A stretch of 64,000 nucleotides of DNA from a bacterium. Lineage in GTDB: Bacteria; UBA8248. Below the pieces are notes generated by a model. It had not been told where the DNA came from, made no database searches, and was given only the letters and a program-made list of their open reading frames with translations. Below are positions 45,983-56,432 of the stretch, piece after piece. Location: contig OZ244799.1 of assembly GCA_965219955.1 (NCBI GenBank), forward strand, positions 3,232,001-3,296,000. Direction: 5' to 3'. Position numbers and translations under genes: made by a program. How positions within the stretch are numbered: the stretch's first letter is position 1; every line of letters starts with the position of its first letter.

Positions 45983-46600
45983 ATGTTCCTGACCCGCAGG
46001 CAACGAGAAATTTACGAGTTCATCAAGGAGTTCATCGGGGCGAACGGCTATGCGCCCTCCATCGTGGAGATCGGCAAGCACTTCCACCTCACCTCGCCCG
46101 CCACGGTGCACAAGCACCTGCAGAACATCGCGGAAAAAGGCCTCATCAAGAGAAGCTGGAACAGAAGCCGGGCCATCGAACTCATTCCGGGTTCCGACAC
46201 CATCGCCGCGAGCGCCGAACCGGCGCGGGTAGAACTCCCCCTGCGCGGCATGATCGCGGCCGGCATGCCGCTCGAGGCGATAGAGGACACCGAAACCATC
46301 CCCCTTCCCTGGTCTTCCGGAGACGGCAACCTCTACGTCCTCAAAGTGAAGGGCGATTCGATGATCGAAGACCACATCCGCGACGGGGACTACGTGATCG
46401 TGGAGAGCCGGAACAATGCGCTGAACGGCGAGACCGTGGTGGCGCTCGTGAACGGGGATTCCGCTACGCTCAAGCGGTTTTACCGGGAGGGCGCGCAAAT
46501 CCGGCTCCAGCCCGCGAACGAGGCGATGGCGCCCATCATGGTGAGCGAGGCGGACCTCCGTATCCAGGGCGTCGTCGTGGGCGTGCTCAGAAAGTATTGA
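45983..46600 (+). CDS. lexA: LexA repressor
   Basis: LTRRQREI, GYAPS..EI, IAAG cleavage site, GDSM, TLKR; GGAGG RBS. Confidence 0.95.
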   Translation: MFLTRRQREIYEFIKEFIGANGYAPSIVEIGKHFHLTSPATVHKHLQNIAEKGLIKRSWNRSRAIELIPGSDTIAASAEPARVELPLRGMIAAGMPLEAIEDTETIPLPWSSGDGNLYVLKVKGDSMIEDHIRDGDYVIVESRNNALNGETVVALVNGDSATLKRFYREGAQIRLQPANEAMAPIMVSEADLRIQGVVVGVLRKY

Positions 46601-46631
46601 CGCCGCCGCGTTTCGCGTGAGAGAAACGGGC

Positions 46632-47855
46632 ATGACGCAAAACCCGGAAGAGCCGGCGCCGGAGTCGCCGCGCGAGGTCAGGCTCATCGCGCACGTGGAC
46701 ATGGACGCTTTTTTCGTGTCCGTGGAGCGCATGGAACGGCCCGATCTCGAGAACCAGCCGGTGATCGTCGGCGGCAGCACGGGAAGGCGAGGCGTAGTCT
46801 CCGCCGCCTCTTACGAGGCGCGCGCGTTCGGCGTCCACTCGGCAATGCCCATGGCGAGGGCCAGGGAACTCTGCCCCCACGCCGTCTACATCCAGGCGAA
46901 CCACAAAAAATACGGAGAAGCCTCCAGGCGGGTGATGAAGGTGCTCGGAGACTTCACGCCCGCCGTACAGGCCGTCTCGGTGGATGAGGCGTATCTCGAT
47001 TTGAGCGGAACCGAACGCCTGCACGGCCCCCCGCTCCAGACGGCCGCAAGGATAAGAGAAGCCGTTTTGCGCGAAACGAACTGCTCGGCCTCCATCGGCC
47101 TGGCGTCGAGCCGCTTGGTGTCGAAAATCGCATCCGCACTCTCGAAACCCGCAGGTATCCTGCGCGTCTACCCGGGCGGGGAGGCGGCTTTTCTGCGTCC
47201 TCTCAAGGTGAGCAAAATACCGGGCGTGGGCAAGGTGATGGTCAAGAAACTGAACCGCCTGGGCATCTCGACGGTCGGCGATCTCGCCGCGCAGTCGCTG
47301 CCCTTTTTGGAGGCGCAATTCAAGAACTTAGGATCCGAACTCTACCGCAAGGCGCGGGGGATGGATGATTCCGAACTCGAACTCGAAAGCCGTCCCAAGA
47401 GCATCGGCAAGGAGACCACCTTCTCAGAAGACACCGCCGACCGCGCGAGGCTCGAAGCCATACTCACGGGCCTGGCCGAGGAGGCGAGCGCGCGCGTGCG
47501 GCGCAAGGGTCTTAATGCCAGGCACATCACCCTCAAAATCCGGTTTTCAGACTTCACGACGCTCACGCGCTCGTTCACGCTCGAGAAACCCACACACCTC
47601 GATAAGGAAATCATCGAACCCGCGCTCGACCTCCTTAGGCGCACCTGCGCGAAAGAGGGCAGGAACCGGAAATTCCGCCTGCTGGGGGTCTACCTCTCGG
47701 GACTCGACGAAGACGGTGCGCAGCCGCTTCTGTTCGAGGATACCGGACGCGAGAAAGAAGAACGCCTCGTGGAGAGTCTCGACCGCATCCGCGATCGCTT
47801 CGGCCACGAGGCCGTATTCTCACGAAAAAGCGTGGAGCGTATCAGGAAGCCCTAG
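46632..47855 (+). CDS. dinB: DNA polymerase IV
   Basis: HVDMDAFF, SAASYEAR.FGV.SAM, SVDEAYLD, KIAS..SKP.G. Confidence 0.94.
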   Translation: MTQNPEEPAPESPREVRLIAHVDMDAFFVSVERMERPDLENQPVIVGGSTGRRGVVSAASYEARAFGVHSAMPMARARELCPHAVYIQANHKKYGEASRRVMKVLGDFTPAVQAVSVDEAYLDLSGTERLHGPPLQTAARIREAVLRETNCSASIGLASSRLVSKIASALSKPAGILRVYPGGEAAFLRPLKVSKIPGVGKVMVKKLNRLGISTVGDLAAQSLPFLEAQFKNLGSELYRKARGMDDSELELESRPKSIGKETTFSEDTADRARLEAILTGLAEEASARVRRKGLNARHITLKIRFSDFTTLTRSFTLEKPTHLDKEIIEPALDLLRRTCAKEGRNRKFRLLGVYLSGLDEDGAQPLLFEDTGREKEERLVESLDRIRDRFGHEAVFSRKSVERIRKP

Positions 47856-48766
47856 AGGCGGATCAGGATCAGGATCGTCCCCAGCACCGTCATCACCGCG
47901 CCCAGGACAAGCTTGCCCGTGATGTTCTCGCTCTCTCTCAGGAACAGGTGCGACACCATGATAACCAGAAGGGGTTGAACCGACGTGATGGAGGTAACGC
48001 CCACCGCATAGGTGCGCGCCATGGCGTTGCTGAACGAGGGCACCGCTATCGTCTGGCAGACGGCGGCGGTGAGCATCCACTTCCAGCTCGCCCGGGGGAT
48101 TTTCTCCCCCGCCTCCCTGTGAGCGAAGCCGACCGCCAGCACCCAGGCGAAGCCAAGCCCTATCCAGATGAGCAGCGCCGATGCGGCCAGGGCGTTCATG
48201 TCGAGCGTGATGGTCCGCACCATGACGCCGGACACGCTCCAGTTCAGCGTGGTCAGGCCCGCCGAGATGTAGCCCTTGACGACGTCCTTTCGCGTGTGGC
48301 CCAACTCGAGGTTCGGCTGCGCGGGCGCTGAGCGCACCACCATGTTGAGTCCCACGATGAGGCAACCAAGCCCCATGATGATGAGAATCGTGAACGGCTC
48401 GCCCAGGAAGATGGTCGCCAGAAGCGCGGTGACGGCGGGCGTGCTCGCTGCGATGGGAATGGTGCGGCTCGGCCCGATGCGCCGGATGGCGTAATAGTAG
48501 GTGAGCCGCGAGATGGTGATCATGAAAAAGGCGGTGATCGGCAACAGTATCCAGGTTCTCGTCGACCCGGGATGAAAGGCCGAAGCCGGAAGTGCGAAGT
48601 AGATCAGAACGGAGACGAAGACGCCGTTCATCGTCGACATGGCCGCCGTCGTCCTCAAAAGCGGCGCGTTCTTCATCGCCAGTCGCACGCAAAAGGAGAG
48701 GCTCGTCCAGCTCAGGAGCGCCGAGGTGGCGAACAGCAGGCCCACGACATGGGTAGACAGGTTCAT
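47852..48766 (-). CDS. DMT/EamA family transporter
   Basis: About 10 TM segments in two repeats; LATIFLGE and LFLRESE motifs. Confidence 0.88.
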   Translation of the reverse strand: MNLSTHVVGLLFATSALLSWTSLSFCVRLAMKNAPLLRTTAAMSTMNGVFVSVLIYFALPASAFHPGSTRTWILLPITAFFMITISRLTYYYAIRRIGPSRTIPIAASTPAVTALLATIFLGEPFTILIIMGLGCLIVGLNMVVRSAPAQPNLELGHTRKDVVKGYISAGLTTLNWSVSGVMVRTITLDMNALAASALLIWIGLGFAWVLAVGFAHREAGEKIPRASWKWMLTAAVCQTIAVPSFSNAMARTYAVGVTSITSVQPLLVIMVSHLFLRESENITGKLVLGAVMTVLGTILILIRL

Positions 48767-48806
48767 AACCGCTTTCCGGCGTTCGTTAAGACTTTCCGAA
48801 CGGCCG

Positions 48807-49265
48807 CTATTCGGGCCGCTTCAGCGTCCAGTTGTCCGCAACGCGCGTCGCCGCGCTCATGAACAGGTACAGAATGCAGCCCGCGCGAAACTTCTCCTTC
48901 ACCTCTTCGAGTTCCTCTTCCGAACCCGTCGACGTCACCTCTATCTCAAGCTCCACGCCGGTGACGCCCCCGTTCTCCGCGTGCGGGTCGCCGGGCGCGA
49001 ACCGCTCCATGGTGAGCCTTCCCTCGATCGCGCAGTCATCGAGCGGCATGCCGACCTCTTTTGCGAACAACTCCACGTGCGCGGCGCCGCAGCCCGTCAG
49101 TGCGCCGAGCATGTACTCGGCGGGGGTGGGATGCTCGAACAGCCCGCCGCGCTCCACGGGTTCGTCACTCGAGAACTCCGGGCAATCGCGCGCCTGTATC
49201 CGCGCGCGCAACTCCCCCGCCCATTGCGCGTTCGCCACACGGGTGATGGTATTCCGCTCGTCCAT
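48807..49265 (-). CDS. OsmC/Ohr family protein
   Basis: DEP...GG....PTPAEYMLGALTGC ... C second Cys. Confidence 0.85.
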   Translation of the reverse strand: MDERNTITRVANAQWAGELRARIQARDCPEFSSDEPVERGGLFEHPTPAEYMLGALTGCGAAHVELFAKEVGMPLDDCAIEGRLTMERFAPGDPHAENGGVTGVELEIEVTSTGSEEELEEVKEKFRAGCILYLFMSAATRVADNWTLKRPE

Positions 49266-49362
49266 GCCGCCGTCCTCTTCAGATAAGATGGAATCCGCGG
49301 GTAGCCTACTACATCGCTCCCCCGCCGCGCCATGCGGACAGGGCGAAACCGCAAAGCCCTCA

Positions 49363-50547
49363 TCACTCCTCCATCGCGCTCAGGACGGCGGATATGAACC
49401 CCAGAAAACGCGCGCCCTCCAGAATCTGCGCGAAAGAAAAGAGGTCCGCCTCGATACCCACGTGGCGAAAACCACCGAAGACGAAGACCGTGGCGGATTC
49501 GCGTGAGGCCTCCCGCGCGCGATTCGCCAGCAGGATGCTCTCGGACGCCGGGATGAAGGGGTCCGCGCGCCCGTGCAGAAAATATTTTTTCCCCCCGGCA
49601 TCGCGAACGACTTCGCGCATCCCCCATTCCCGCAGGCGCTCTCGTTGCGCGGCCCCTTGCCGCGCATAAAGCGCCTCGAAGCGCTCCGGGGATTTGTTCT
49701 CCATCAAGGCGATGATCGCGCGCGCACCCTCGGGCAAGCCCGCGAGCAAATCGCCGACCTCCGCCGCCTCGTCCCGCCGCTTTCTCGAAACGATGGCCTC
49801 GACCCGATCCCGATGGGCGTCCAGGCCCAGGAGTTTCGTGTTGTAGCGCAGGAAGAGCCATTTCCCGTGGCGGATGGGCAGCCCTCCCGGGAAAGCGGGC
49901 CGGTTCTGGCCGCCGCTCGTGGTGAGGTGTTTCAGCACGTTCTTGAGATCGTAATAGGCGCCCACGCCGATGAACGCGGCCACCTTTTCCCGCACCGCAG
50001 GCCTCGCCGCCGCGCGAAGGGCCGGGCCCGCCGCGAACGAAAACGCCAGAAGGCTGCACCTTTGGGAAAAACCCGCGCCGGGCCGCGTCATCCACGAGAA
50101 TGCCTTCGCGATGCGCCGGGCATCCGCTTCTTCCGGGCGAAACCGCCTCATGCCGGGAAGGTCGGGGACGAGCGCCGCAAACCCGAGCCTCGCGAGCGAC
50201 CCCGCGAACGCTATCAGCCGATGGTCCGCCTTGCCCATCGTGGTCATTCCGTGCACGAGGACGACGCACCCGCGCGCGGGCGCATCGCCCCAGCCGGGGG
50301 AATCACGCGGCGAATAGGAATCCGCCAGAACGCCGTCGAGCGAAATTTCGGTTCTCAGCGGCTTTTTCGTGAGCAGCGAGAGCCAGCCGCCGCTCCGCAC
50401 GTCGATCATCCCCTGGGCCATGAGGAAAGAATCCACAGGGTGGCGAAGGCTCGAATTAAAACGCGATGCGACGAGCAACAGACCCAGGAGAAACGAAGCG
50501 AACAGCGCAAGGCTCCGGAGCGTGACGAGGCGTCTTAAGATGTTCAG
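49363..50547 (-). CDS. Alpha/beta hydrolase-fold protein, membrane-anchored
   Basis: LVHG, AFSFAAG nucleophile elbow, HG..DPFIP, FRH. The frame is open up to a CTG at 50547 overlapping the uvrA stop; the first TTG is at 50478. Confidence 0.72.
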   Translation of the reverse strand: MNILRRLVTLRSLALFASFLLGLLLVASRFNSSLRHPVDSFLMAQGMIDVRSGGWLSLLTKKPLRTEISLDGVLADSYSPRDSPGWGDAPARGCVVLVHGMTTMGKADHRLIAFAGSLARLGFAALVPDLPGMRRFRPEEADARRIAKAFSWMTRPGAGFSQRCSLLAFSFAAGPALRAAARPAVREKVAAFIGVGAYYDLKNVLKHLTTSGGQNRPAFPGGLPIRHGKWLFLRYNTKLLGLDAHRDRVEAIVSRKRRDEAAEVGDLLAGLPEGARAIIALMENKSPERFEALYARQGAAQRERLREWGMREVVRDAGGKKYFLHGRADPFIPASESILLANRAREASRESATVFVFGGFRHVGIEADLFSFAQILEGARFLGFISAVLSAMEE

Positions 50548-53438
50548 CCCACCACCGCTTCTTCGAAATACTTCTTCAAGAAACTACCCGTATGCGAGCG
50601 GGGACTCTGCGCCACCTCCCCGGGCGTGCCCTCGGCCACGATGCGCCCTCCCCTCTCGCCTCCCTCGGGGCCCAAGTCGATCACCCACTCCGCGTTGCGG
50701 ATGACGTCCATATTGTGCTCGACGACGACCACCGTGTTCCCCAGCCCCACCAGGCGCGTCAGCACGTTCAGCAACCGCTCCACGTCCTGAAAGTGGAGCC
50801 CCGTCGTCGGCTCGTCCATCAGGTACATGACGTCCCTGGGCGGCTTGGCGGCCAGCTGGCCCGCGATCTTCAGGCGCTGCGCCTCGCCGCCCGAGAGCGT
50901 GTTCACGGGCTGGCCGATCCGGAGGTAGTTGAGGCCCACGTCCCTCAGGATGAGCAGCTTGTTCAGCACCGAGGGCACGTGATCGAAAAAGAGAGAAGCC
51001 TCATCCACCGTGAGGTTCAGCACGTCGTGGATGTTCTTGCCCTTGTACTGGATTTCCATGGCCTGGGGCTTGAAGCGCCTGCCCTCGCAATCGGGACAGC
51101 GGATGAAGATGTCGGCCATGAAGTGCATCTCTATCTTCTGGATGCCGCTCCCGGTGCAGGACTCGCACCGCCCTCCCGCCGTGTTGAAGGAAAAATGCCC
51201 GGGGCCGTAGCCCATGTTCCGCGCCAGCGGCGTTTCGGCGAACAGTCGGCGGATCGCGTCGTAGGCTTTCAAGTACGTGATGGGGTTGCTCCGGGGGCTC
51301 TTGCCGATGGGGCTCTGGTCGAGCAGCACGACGGAATCAAGCTCCTCGAATCCCTCTATCCGCTCGAAGCGGCCGATGGCGCCCTTGCCGTCGTGGAGAA
51401 TCCGCGCCAGCGCCGGATAGAGCGTGTCGTGCACCAGCGTGCTCTTGCCCGAGCCGGAGACCCCCGTTACCGCCACCAGACGACCCAGGGGAACGTGGAG
51501 ATCCACCTTTTTGAGATTGTTCTCCTGCGCGCCCAGCAGGGAGAGGTAGGAACAGCTACCGTTATCCCCTCGCTTGATCTTCCTGGGGCTGATCTCGCGC
51601 TCGCCGCTCAGGAACTTCGCCGTCGCCGACCCCTCGCACCAGTCGAGCTCTTCTCTGGGACCGGAGAAAACCACCTCGCCGCCGCGCTCGCCCGCGCCGG
51701 GGCCCAGGTCCACGACGTGGTCCGCCTCGTCGATGACGTCGCGGTCGTGCTCGACCACGAGCAGGGTGTTCCCCCGATCGACCAGGTCTTTCAGGATGCT
51801 CACCAGGCGCGCGTTGTCCCTGGGGTGCAGACCGATGGTCGGCTCGTCCAGTATGTAGAGCGTGCCCGTGAGGTGCGCGCCGAGCTGGTTCGCCAGGTTG
51901 ATCCGCTGGTGCTCGCCCCCGCTCAGGGTCCTGGTCTCCCTGTCCAGCGTCAGGTATTCGAGGCCCACCTTGTGCAGGAAATCGAGGCGCTCGCGCACCT
52001 GCTTCAGGACGTCGCCCGCGCGCGCGTGCTGATCGGGCGTGAGCGGCGGCGCCTCGAAATATTCCCGCAACTCGCTCACCGGCATGGCGCAGACGTCGGC
52101 GATGGTGCGGTCGCCCAGCTTGATCCAGAGCGCCTCGGGGCGCAGGCGCGTGCCGTTGCAGGAGGCGCATTTCTGAAGGCTCTGGTAGCGCCTGATCATC
52201 ACGCGCACCCAGACCTTGTACTTGCGTCTCTTCAACCTCTCGAAGAACCGGTACACCCCCAGAAACGACCCCGAACCCTCGAACACCAGCTTCTTCTGGT
52301 CTTCGGGCATCTCCTGCCAGGGGGTGTGGATGTCGAGTCCCTCGTCCCTGGCTGCATCCTGGAGCTGTTCGCCGAAATACCGGCGGTAGCGCGGCCTCGC
52401 CCATGGCTCCACCGCCCCCTGGGCGAGCGTCTTCCTGGGCTCGGGGATGATGAGCGCCTCATCGAAGCGCAGCGTGTTGCCGAATCCCCCGCACTCCTGA
52501 CAGGCCCCGTTGGGATTGTTGAAGCTGAAGGTGTGCGGGACGGGCTCTTCGAACGTATGGCCGCAGCACTCGAGCTTCTGGCTGAAGCGAAGCCTCGGCC
52601 CGTCCACGAGCTGCACCTCGGCGACGCCGCCGCCCTCGCGGAACGCCGTCTCCAGCGATTCGCCCAGGCGCGCGCGGTTTCTGGAAGAGAGCTTCAGGCG
52701 ATCCACCACCACCCGAATCGCGCGGTGGTTCCGCACGGCGGGTCTCTCTTCCTCCGGCTTTTTCTTCGGGGGACGGCCGCGCTTCTTCGCCCTGGGCGCC
52801 GGCTCGGCTTCTTTTTTCAACCTCTCGAAAAGGGGGGGGCCGATGTTCACAATCTCGTCGTCCATCATCACGCGGACGTAGCCCTGCCCCATGAGGGACT
52901 CGAGTTCTCCCGGCAAATCCTCCGCGTCGAGCTCTCCCATCGGGAAAAGGATGAACCCTCTCGCGCCCTCATGGGCGTTCAGCAGGAGCGCCACCGTGCC
53001 GTCGACCGTGGCGGGCGCGACCTCGCTCCCGCAATCGGGGCAATGGATCTTCCCGGCCTTGGCGAAGAGAAGCCGCAGGTAGTCGTAAATCTCCGACGCC
53101 GTGCCCACCGTGGAGCGCGAATGGTTCACCGGGTTGTACTGCTCGATGGCGATGGCGGGGCTGATGCCCTCGATGTAGTCCACGTCGGGCTTGTCCACAC
53201 GCTCCAGGAACTGCCGCGCGTAGGTGGAGAGGCTCTCCACGTACCGGCGGTGACCCTCGGCGTAGATGGTATCGAAGGCGAGCGAGGACTTGCCCGAACC
53301 GCTCGGCCCGGTGACGACGATGAAGTGCTCCCTCGGGAGCTTGAGGGAGATGTCCTTGAGATTGTGCTCCCGCGCGCCCTCGATGCGGATGTCTTCCATC
53401 AGGGAGACGGCGGGAGGCGTTTCGATTCGGGTACTCAT
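50544..53438 (-). CDS. uvrA: Excinuclease ABC subunit A
   Basis: [22 protein letters not shown], Zn fingers, LSGGE twice, [17 protein letters not shown]. Confidence 0.95.
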   Translation of the reverse strand: MSTRIETPPAVSLMEDIRIEGAREHNLKDISLKLPREHFIVVTGPSGSGKSSLAFDTIYAEGHRRYVESLSTYARQFLERVDKPDVDYIEGISPAIAIEQYNPVNHSRSTVGTASEIYDYLRLLFAKAGKIHCPDCGSEVAPATVDGTVALLLNAHEGARGFILFPMGELDAEDLPGELESLMGQGYVRVMMDDEIVNIGPPLFERLKKEAEPAPRAKKRGRPPKKKPEEERPAVRNHRAIRVVVDRLKLSSRNRARLGESLETAFREGGGVAEVQLVDGPRLRFSQKLECCGHTFEEPVPHTFSFNNPNGACQECGGFGNTLRFDEALIIPEPRKTLAQGAVEPWARPRYRRYFGEQLQDAARDEGLDIHTPWQEMPEDQKKLVFEGSGSFLGVYRFFERLKRRKYKVWVRVMIRRYQSLQKCASCNGTRLRPEALWIKLGDRTIADVCAMPVSELREYFEAPPLTPDQHARAGDVLKQVRERLDFLHKVGLEYLTLDRETRTLSGGEHQRINLANQLGAHLTGTLYILDEPTIGLHPRDNARLVSILKDLVDRGNTLLVVEHDRDVIDEADHVVDLGPGAGERGGEVVFSGPREELDWCEGSATAKFLSGEREISPRKIKRGDNGSCSYLSLLGAQENNLKKVDLHVPLGRLVAVTGVSGSGKSTLVHDTLYPALARILHDGKGAIGRFERIEGFEELDSVVLLDQSPIGKSPRSNPITYLKAYDAIRRLFAETPLARNMGYGPGHFSFNTAGGRCESCTGSGIQKIEMHFMADIFIRCPDCEGRRFKPQAMEIQYKGKNIHDVLNLTVDEASLFFDHVPSVLNKLLILRDVGLNYLRIGQPVNTLSGGEAQRLKIAGQLAAKPPRDVMYLMDEPTTGLHFQDVERLLNVLTRLVGLGNTVVVVEHNMDVIRNAEWVIDLGPEGGERGGRIVAEGTPGEVAQSPRSHTGSFLKKYFEEAVVG

Positions 53439-53587
53439 TTCCTCGTGACGGCTCTATGGGTGATGTGGGCGACGAACGAAACGATAACCCCTCAATATGA
53501 TGCGCGGGGGAGGCAAGTGTCAACGGTGGGGGGGGTTGAAAGCCTGAGGGACAGGTTGCGACCATTACAAAGGGCAACCAAGCACCC

Positions 53588-54373
53588 TCAAATCGCCTTG
53601 AGCCTGCCCCCGTCGACGGCGAAGACGCCGCCGGAGATGTAGCTCGCCTCGGGCGAGGCGAGAAACGCCACCATCGCGCCGAACTCCCCGGGCTCGCCCA
53701 GGCGGCCCAGCGGCACCTCGCGCTCCACGCGGGCGACGGATTCCTCGAAGGATATCCCCAAGCGCTTTGCGGCGGATTCGCGCCCCTGAATCGCGCGGTC
53801 GGTTTTGATGACGCCGGGGATGACCACGTTCACGAGAATGTTCTCCCCGCCCAGCGAGCGGGAGAGCGATTTCGCCAGACCGGCCACGGCGGGGCGCATG
53901 ACGTTCGAGAGCAGGAGGTCGTCGATGGGTTCGCGTACCGAACTCGATAGAATGAAGAGGATTCTCCCGCCGCCGCGCCCTCTCATGTGCGGAAGCGCCT
54001 CGCGGACGAGGCGCACCGCGCTCATGACGCCCAACTCGAAGGCGTCGAACCAGGCGTCGTCTTCAAAATCCTCGAACACCCCCCGGGGCGGACCGCCCGC
54101 GTTCGACACCAGGGCGTCCACGCCGCCGAAATGCTCCGCCGCCCCGCCGATGAATTTCCGGACGCCTTCCGCCGTGCTCACGTCCGCCCCGCAACTCCAG
54201 GTTTCCACGCCGGCTTGTTCCGCGATATCCGATGCCGCAGCGGCGCAGGCGGCCTCGTCGCGCGCGCAGATGGCGACGGCAGCGCCCCGCATCGCCATCT
54301 TGAGCGCCGAGGCGCGGCCCAGACCCTTGCTTCCCGCCGCCACCAGGGCGATTTTTCCTTCCATGTCACGCAT
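53588..54373 (-). CDS. SDR family oxidoreductase (BKR-like atypical)
   Basis: AAGSKGLG, NAGGPP, LSNVMR, DGG. Confidence 0.9.
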   Translation of the reverse strand: MRDMEGKIALVAAGSKGLGRASALKMAMRGAAVAICARDEAACAAAASDIAEQAGVETWSCGADVSTAEGVRKFIGGAAEHFGGVDALVSNAGGPPRGVFEDFEDDAWFDAFELGVMSAVRLVREALPHMRGRGGGRILFILSSSVREPIDDLLLSNVMRPAVAGLAKSLSRSLGGENILVNVVIPGVIKTDRAIQGRESAAKRLGISFEESVARVEREVPLGRLGEPGEFGAMVAFLASPEASYISGGVFAVDGGRLKAI

Positions 54374-54497
54374 TCGGTATCTCCTCTGTCGCGCCCGGCC
54401 GCAGCTACCCGCCGAAGCCGGAGACCCTCATGGTTCGCGAGGAACCTGATCTTTCAGGTCGCGAAGGGTGCGGGGAAACAAGAAGAATTGCAAACGC

Positions 54498-55292
54498 TCA
54501 GATGATCGAGTGGAATTTTCCGCCGTCTACGTTGATCGTCGCTCCCGTGATGTAGCCCGCGTGAACCGACGCCAGGAACACCGCCAGCCCCGCCACCTCT
54601 TCGGGAGCGCCGAATCGTCCGAGGGGAATCTGTGATTCACGCGCCCGACGCATTTCGTCGACCGACGTCCCGCGTTCTTCGGCAAGTTGCTCCGTCATCC
54701 AGTCCTGCATGGGCGTATCGATCTGCCCCAGACAGATCGTGTTCACCAGGATATTGTCTTTCACCAGGGCCTGGGAGAGTCCCTTGCTCAGACCCAGGAG
54801 CGCGGCGTTCGTCGTGCTTCCTCCCAGAACGCCGGGCAGGGGCTCCTTGCCGGTCCCTCCGATCATGTTGATGATCCGTCCCCCGCCTTGTTTTCGCATG
54901 AAATGCGCCGCCTCGCGCGAGATCGCGAGATAACCGACGATCTTCGTGTCCACGGTCTTTCGTATCTGCGCCGGCGTCAGCGAGGAGAGCGTACTCGGCG
55001 CCGCGCGTCCTGCGTTGTTCACGAGGATGTCCAGCCGCCCGAAAGACTCGACTACGCGGGACGCAAGCTCCGACGCTTCCTCCTCCACGCTGATGTCCGC
55101 ACGCAGCGAGAGTCCCGCGCCGCCTTGTTCCTCCACCGCCTTAAGTGCGGCGTCCAGGCGGGCTTGATCCCGGCCGCAGAAGGCGACCTTCACGCCCTGG
55201 TCCGCCAAGGCCAATACCGTCGCCATTCCAATCCCGCTCGTCCCTCCGGTGACGAGAGCAACCTTCCCCTCCAGGCCCATATCCATTGCCAA
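54498..55292 (-). CDS. SDR family oxidoreductase
   Basis: TGGTSGIG, NNAG, ITGATINVDGG; lacks the canonical YxxxK. Confidence 0.88.
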   Translation of the reverse strand: MAMDMGLEGKVALVTGGTSGIGMATVLALADQGVKVAFCGRDQARLDAALKAVEEQGGAGLSLRADISVEEEASELASRVVESFGRLDILVNNAGRAAPSTLSSLTPAQIRKTVDTKIVGYLAISREAAHFMRKQGGGRIINMIGGTGKEPLPGVLGGSTTNAALLGLSKGLSQALVKDNILVNTICLGQIDTPMQDWMTEQLAEERGTSVDEMRRARESQIPLGRFGAPEEVAGLAVFLASVHAGYITGATINVDGGKFHSII

Positions 55293-55319
55293 TCCTCATC
55301 GCTTATGTCGCAAAGCCCT

Positions 55320-56426
55320 CTATCCCAGAACAATTTTCCCCGTGCCGTCCTCCCGGGTGATGCGGGTATCGAACTCCGCCGAGAGCCTCTCCACCAGGTC
55401 GATCACCCCTTCGGCTCTCTCGCCTTCGACCAGGCCGGAATTGCCCGCATCGTCAATCGAAGCCGGAACGAAGCCCAGGTCCGCTATCCCATCCTTACCG
55501 ACCGTGAGTTCAAACAGAGCCGTCTGCCGCGGCATGCGGTTCTTGATGAGTTCGGGCGTCATCACGCCGCCGTAGGAGAGTTCGGGGCTTCCGACATCGG
55601 GCAGTTCGTGAAAGATGAAATTCCCGATTCCGTAGAGGATCGGCTTTCCCTTGTAGATTTCGACCGCCTGCAGCGTGTGGGAGTGGTGTCCCAGAACCAC
55701 GTCCGCGCCCGCGTCCACCAGCGCGCGGCCGACGCACGTCTGGTATTCCGCCAGGTCGTAGCGGCTCGCCAGCCCCCAGTGACCGGCGATGATCACGATG
55801 TCCGCCTCCCGCTTCGCCGCCGCCACGACTTTCTGCATGCGCGTGATGTCGGCCTGGAGCGGAAAAGTTTTCACCGGAGGGGGCGTGCCGGGCTGTTCCT
55901 GGGTTCTCGGGCTCGGCTCCAGGACGAAAGCGGAAAAGACATGGATGGGCGCGAGGCCGGGGCGCTCCTCGCCCGCGGAGCAGCCGAGCGGAAGAGTGGA
56001 GGCGTAGCCCAGGAAAGCCACGCGGACCCCGGCCTTCTCGATGATGGCGGGCGCGTACGCCTCCTCCAGATTCCGGCCCGCTCCCACGCGCCGGATCCCC
56101 TTCGCGTCGAGAAGGGACAGGGTGTCGAAAAGCGCGTCGTAGCCGTAGTCGAGCATGTGATTGTTGGCGAGGGTGACGACGTCCACCCCCATCTCGTCCA
56201 ACTCGTCGATCAGGGAAGGATGGGAGCGCAGAAACGTGTACTTCTCCGCCGGATAGCCCCTCTCGGAATACGGGCTCTCCAGGTTGATGAACGTCATGTC
56301 GGCCCCCGCCATGCGCTCGAACAGGGCGCACACGGGTTCCGCTCCCGGTTCTCCCGGACGAGGAAGCTTCTTGCCGATGAACACGTCGCCTGCCAACGCG
56401 ATGGAAACCTTCCCTTCGTCGGACAT
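55320..56426 (-). CDS. CapA-family metallophosphoesterase (paralog 2)
   Basis: LAGD, NLE, LANNHMLDYG, HWG, GHHSH, YGIGNF; no signal peptide. Confidence 0.9.
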   Translation of the reverse strand: MSDEGKVSIALAGDVFIGKKLPRPGEPGAEPVCALFERMAGADMTFINLESPYSERGYPAEKYTFLRSHPSLIDELDEMGVDVVTLANNHMLDYGYDALFDTLSLLDAKGIRRVGAGRNLEEAYAPAIIEKAGVRVAFLGYASTLPLGCSAGEERPGLAPIHVFSAFVLEPSPRTQEQPGTPPPVKTFPLQADITRMQKVVAAAKREADIVIIAGHWGLASRYDLAEYQTCVGRALVDAGADVVLGHHSHTLQAVEIYKGKPILYGIGNFIFHELPDVGSPELSYGGVMTPELIKNRMPRQTALFELTVGKDGIADLGFVPASIDDAGNSGLVEGERAEGVIDLVERLSAEFDTRITREDGTGKIVLG

Positions 56427-56432
56427 TCCGTA

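Noticed and set aside
50592-53642. 1016-aa plus-strand ORF and similar long shadow ORFs (e.g. 2275-3831, 6004-7671, 9644-10978, 54687-56453)
   Set aside because: They are antisense to well-supported genes; long stop-free shadows are expected at this GC content and show no family motifs.
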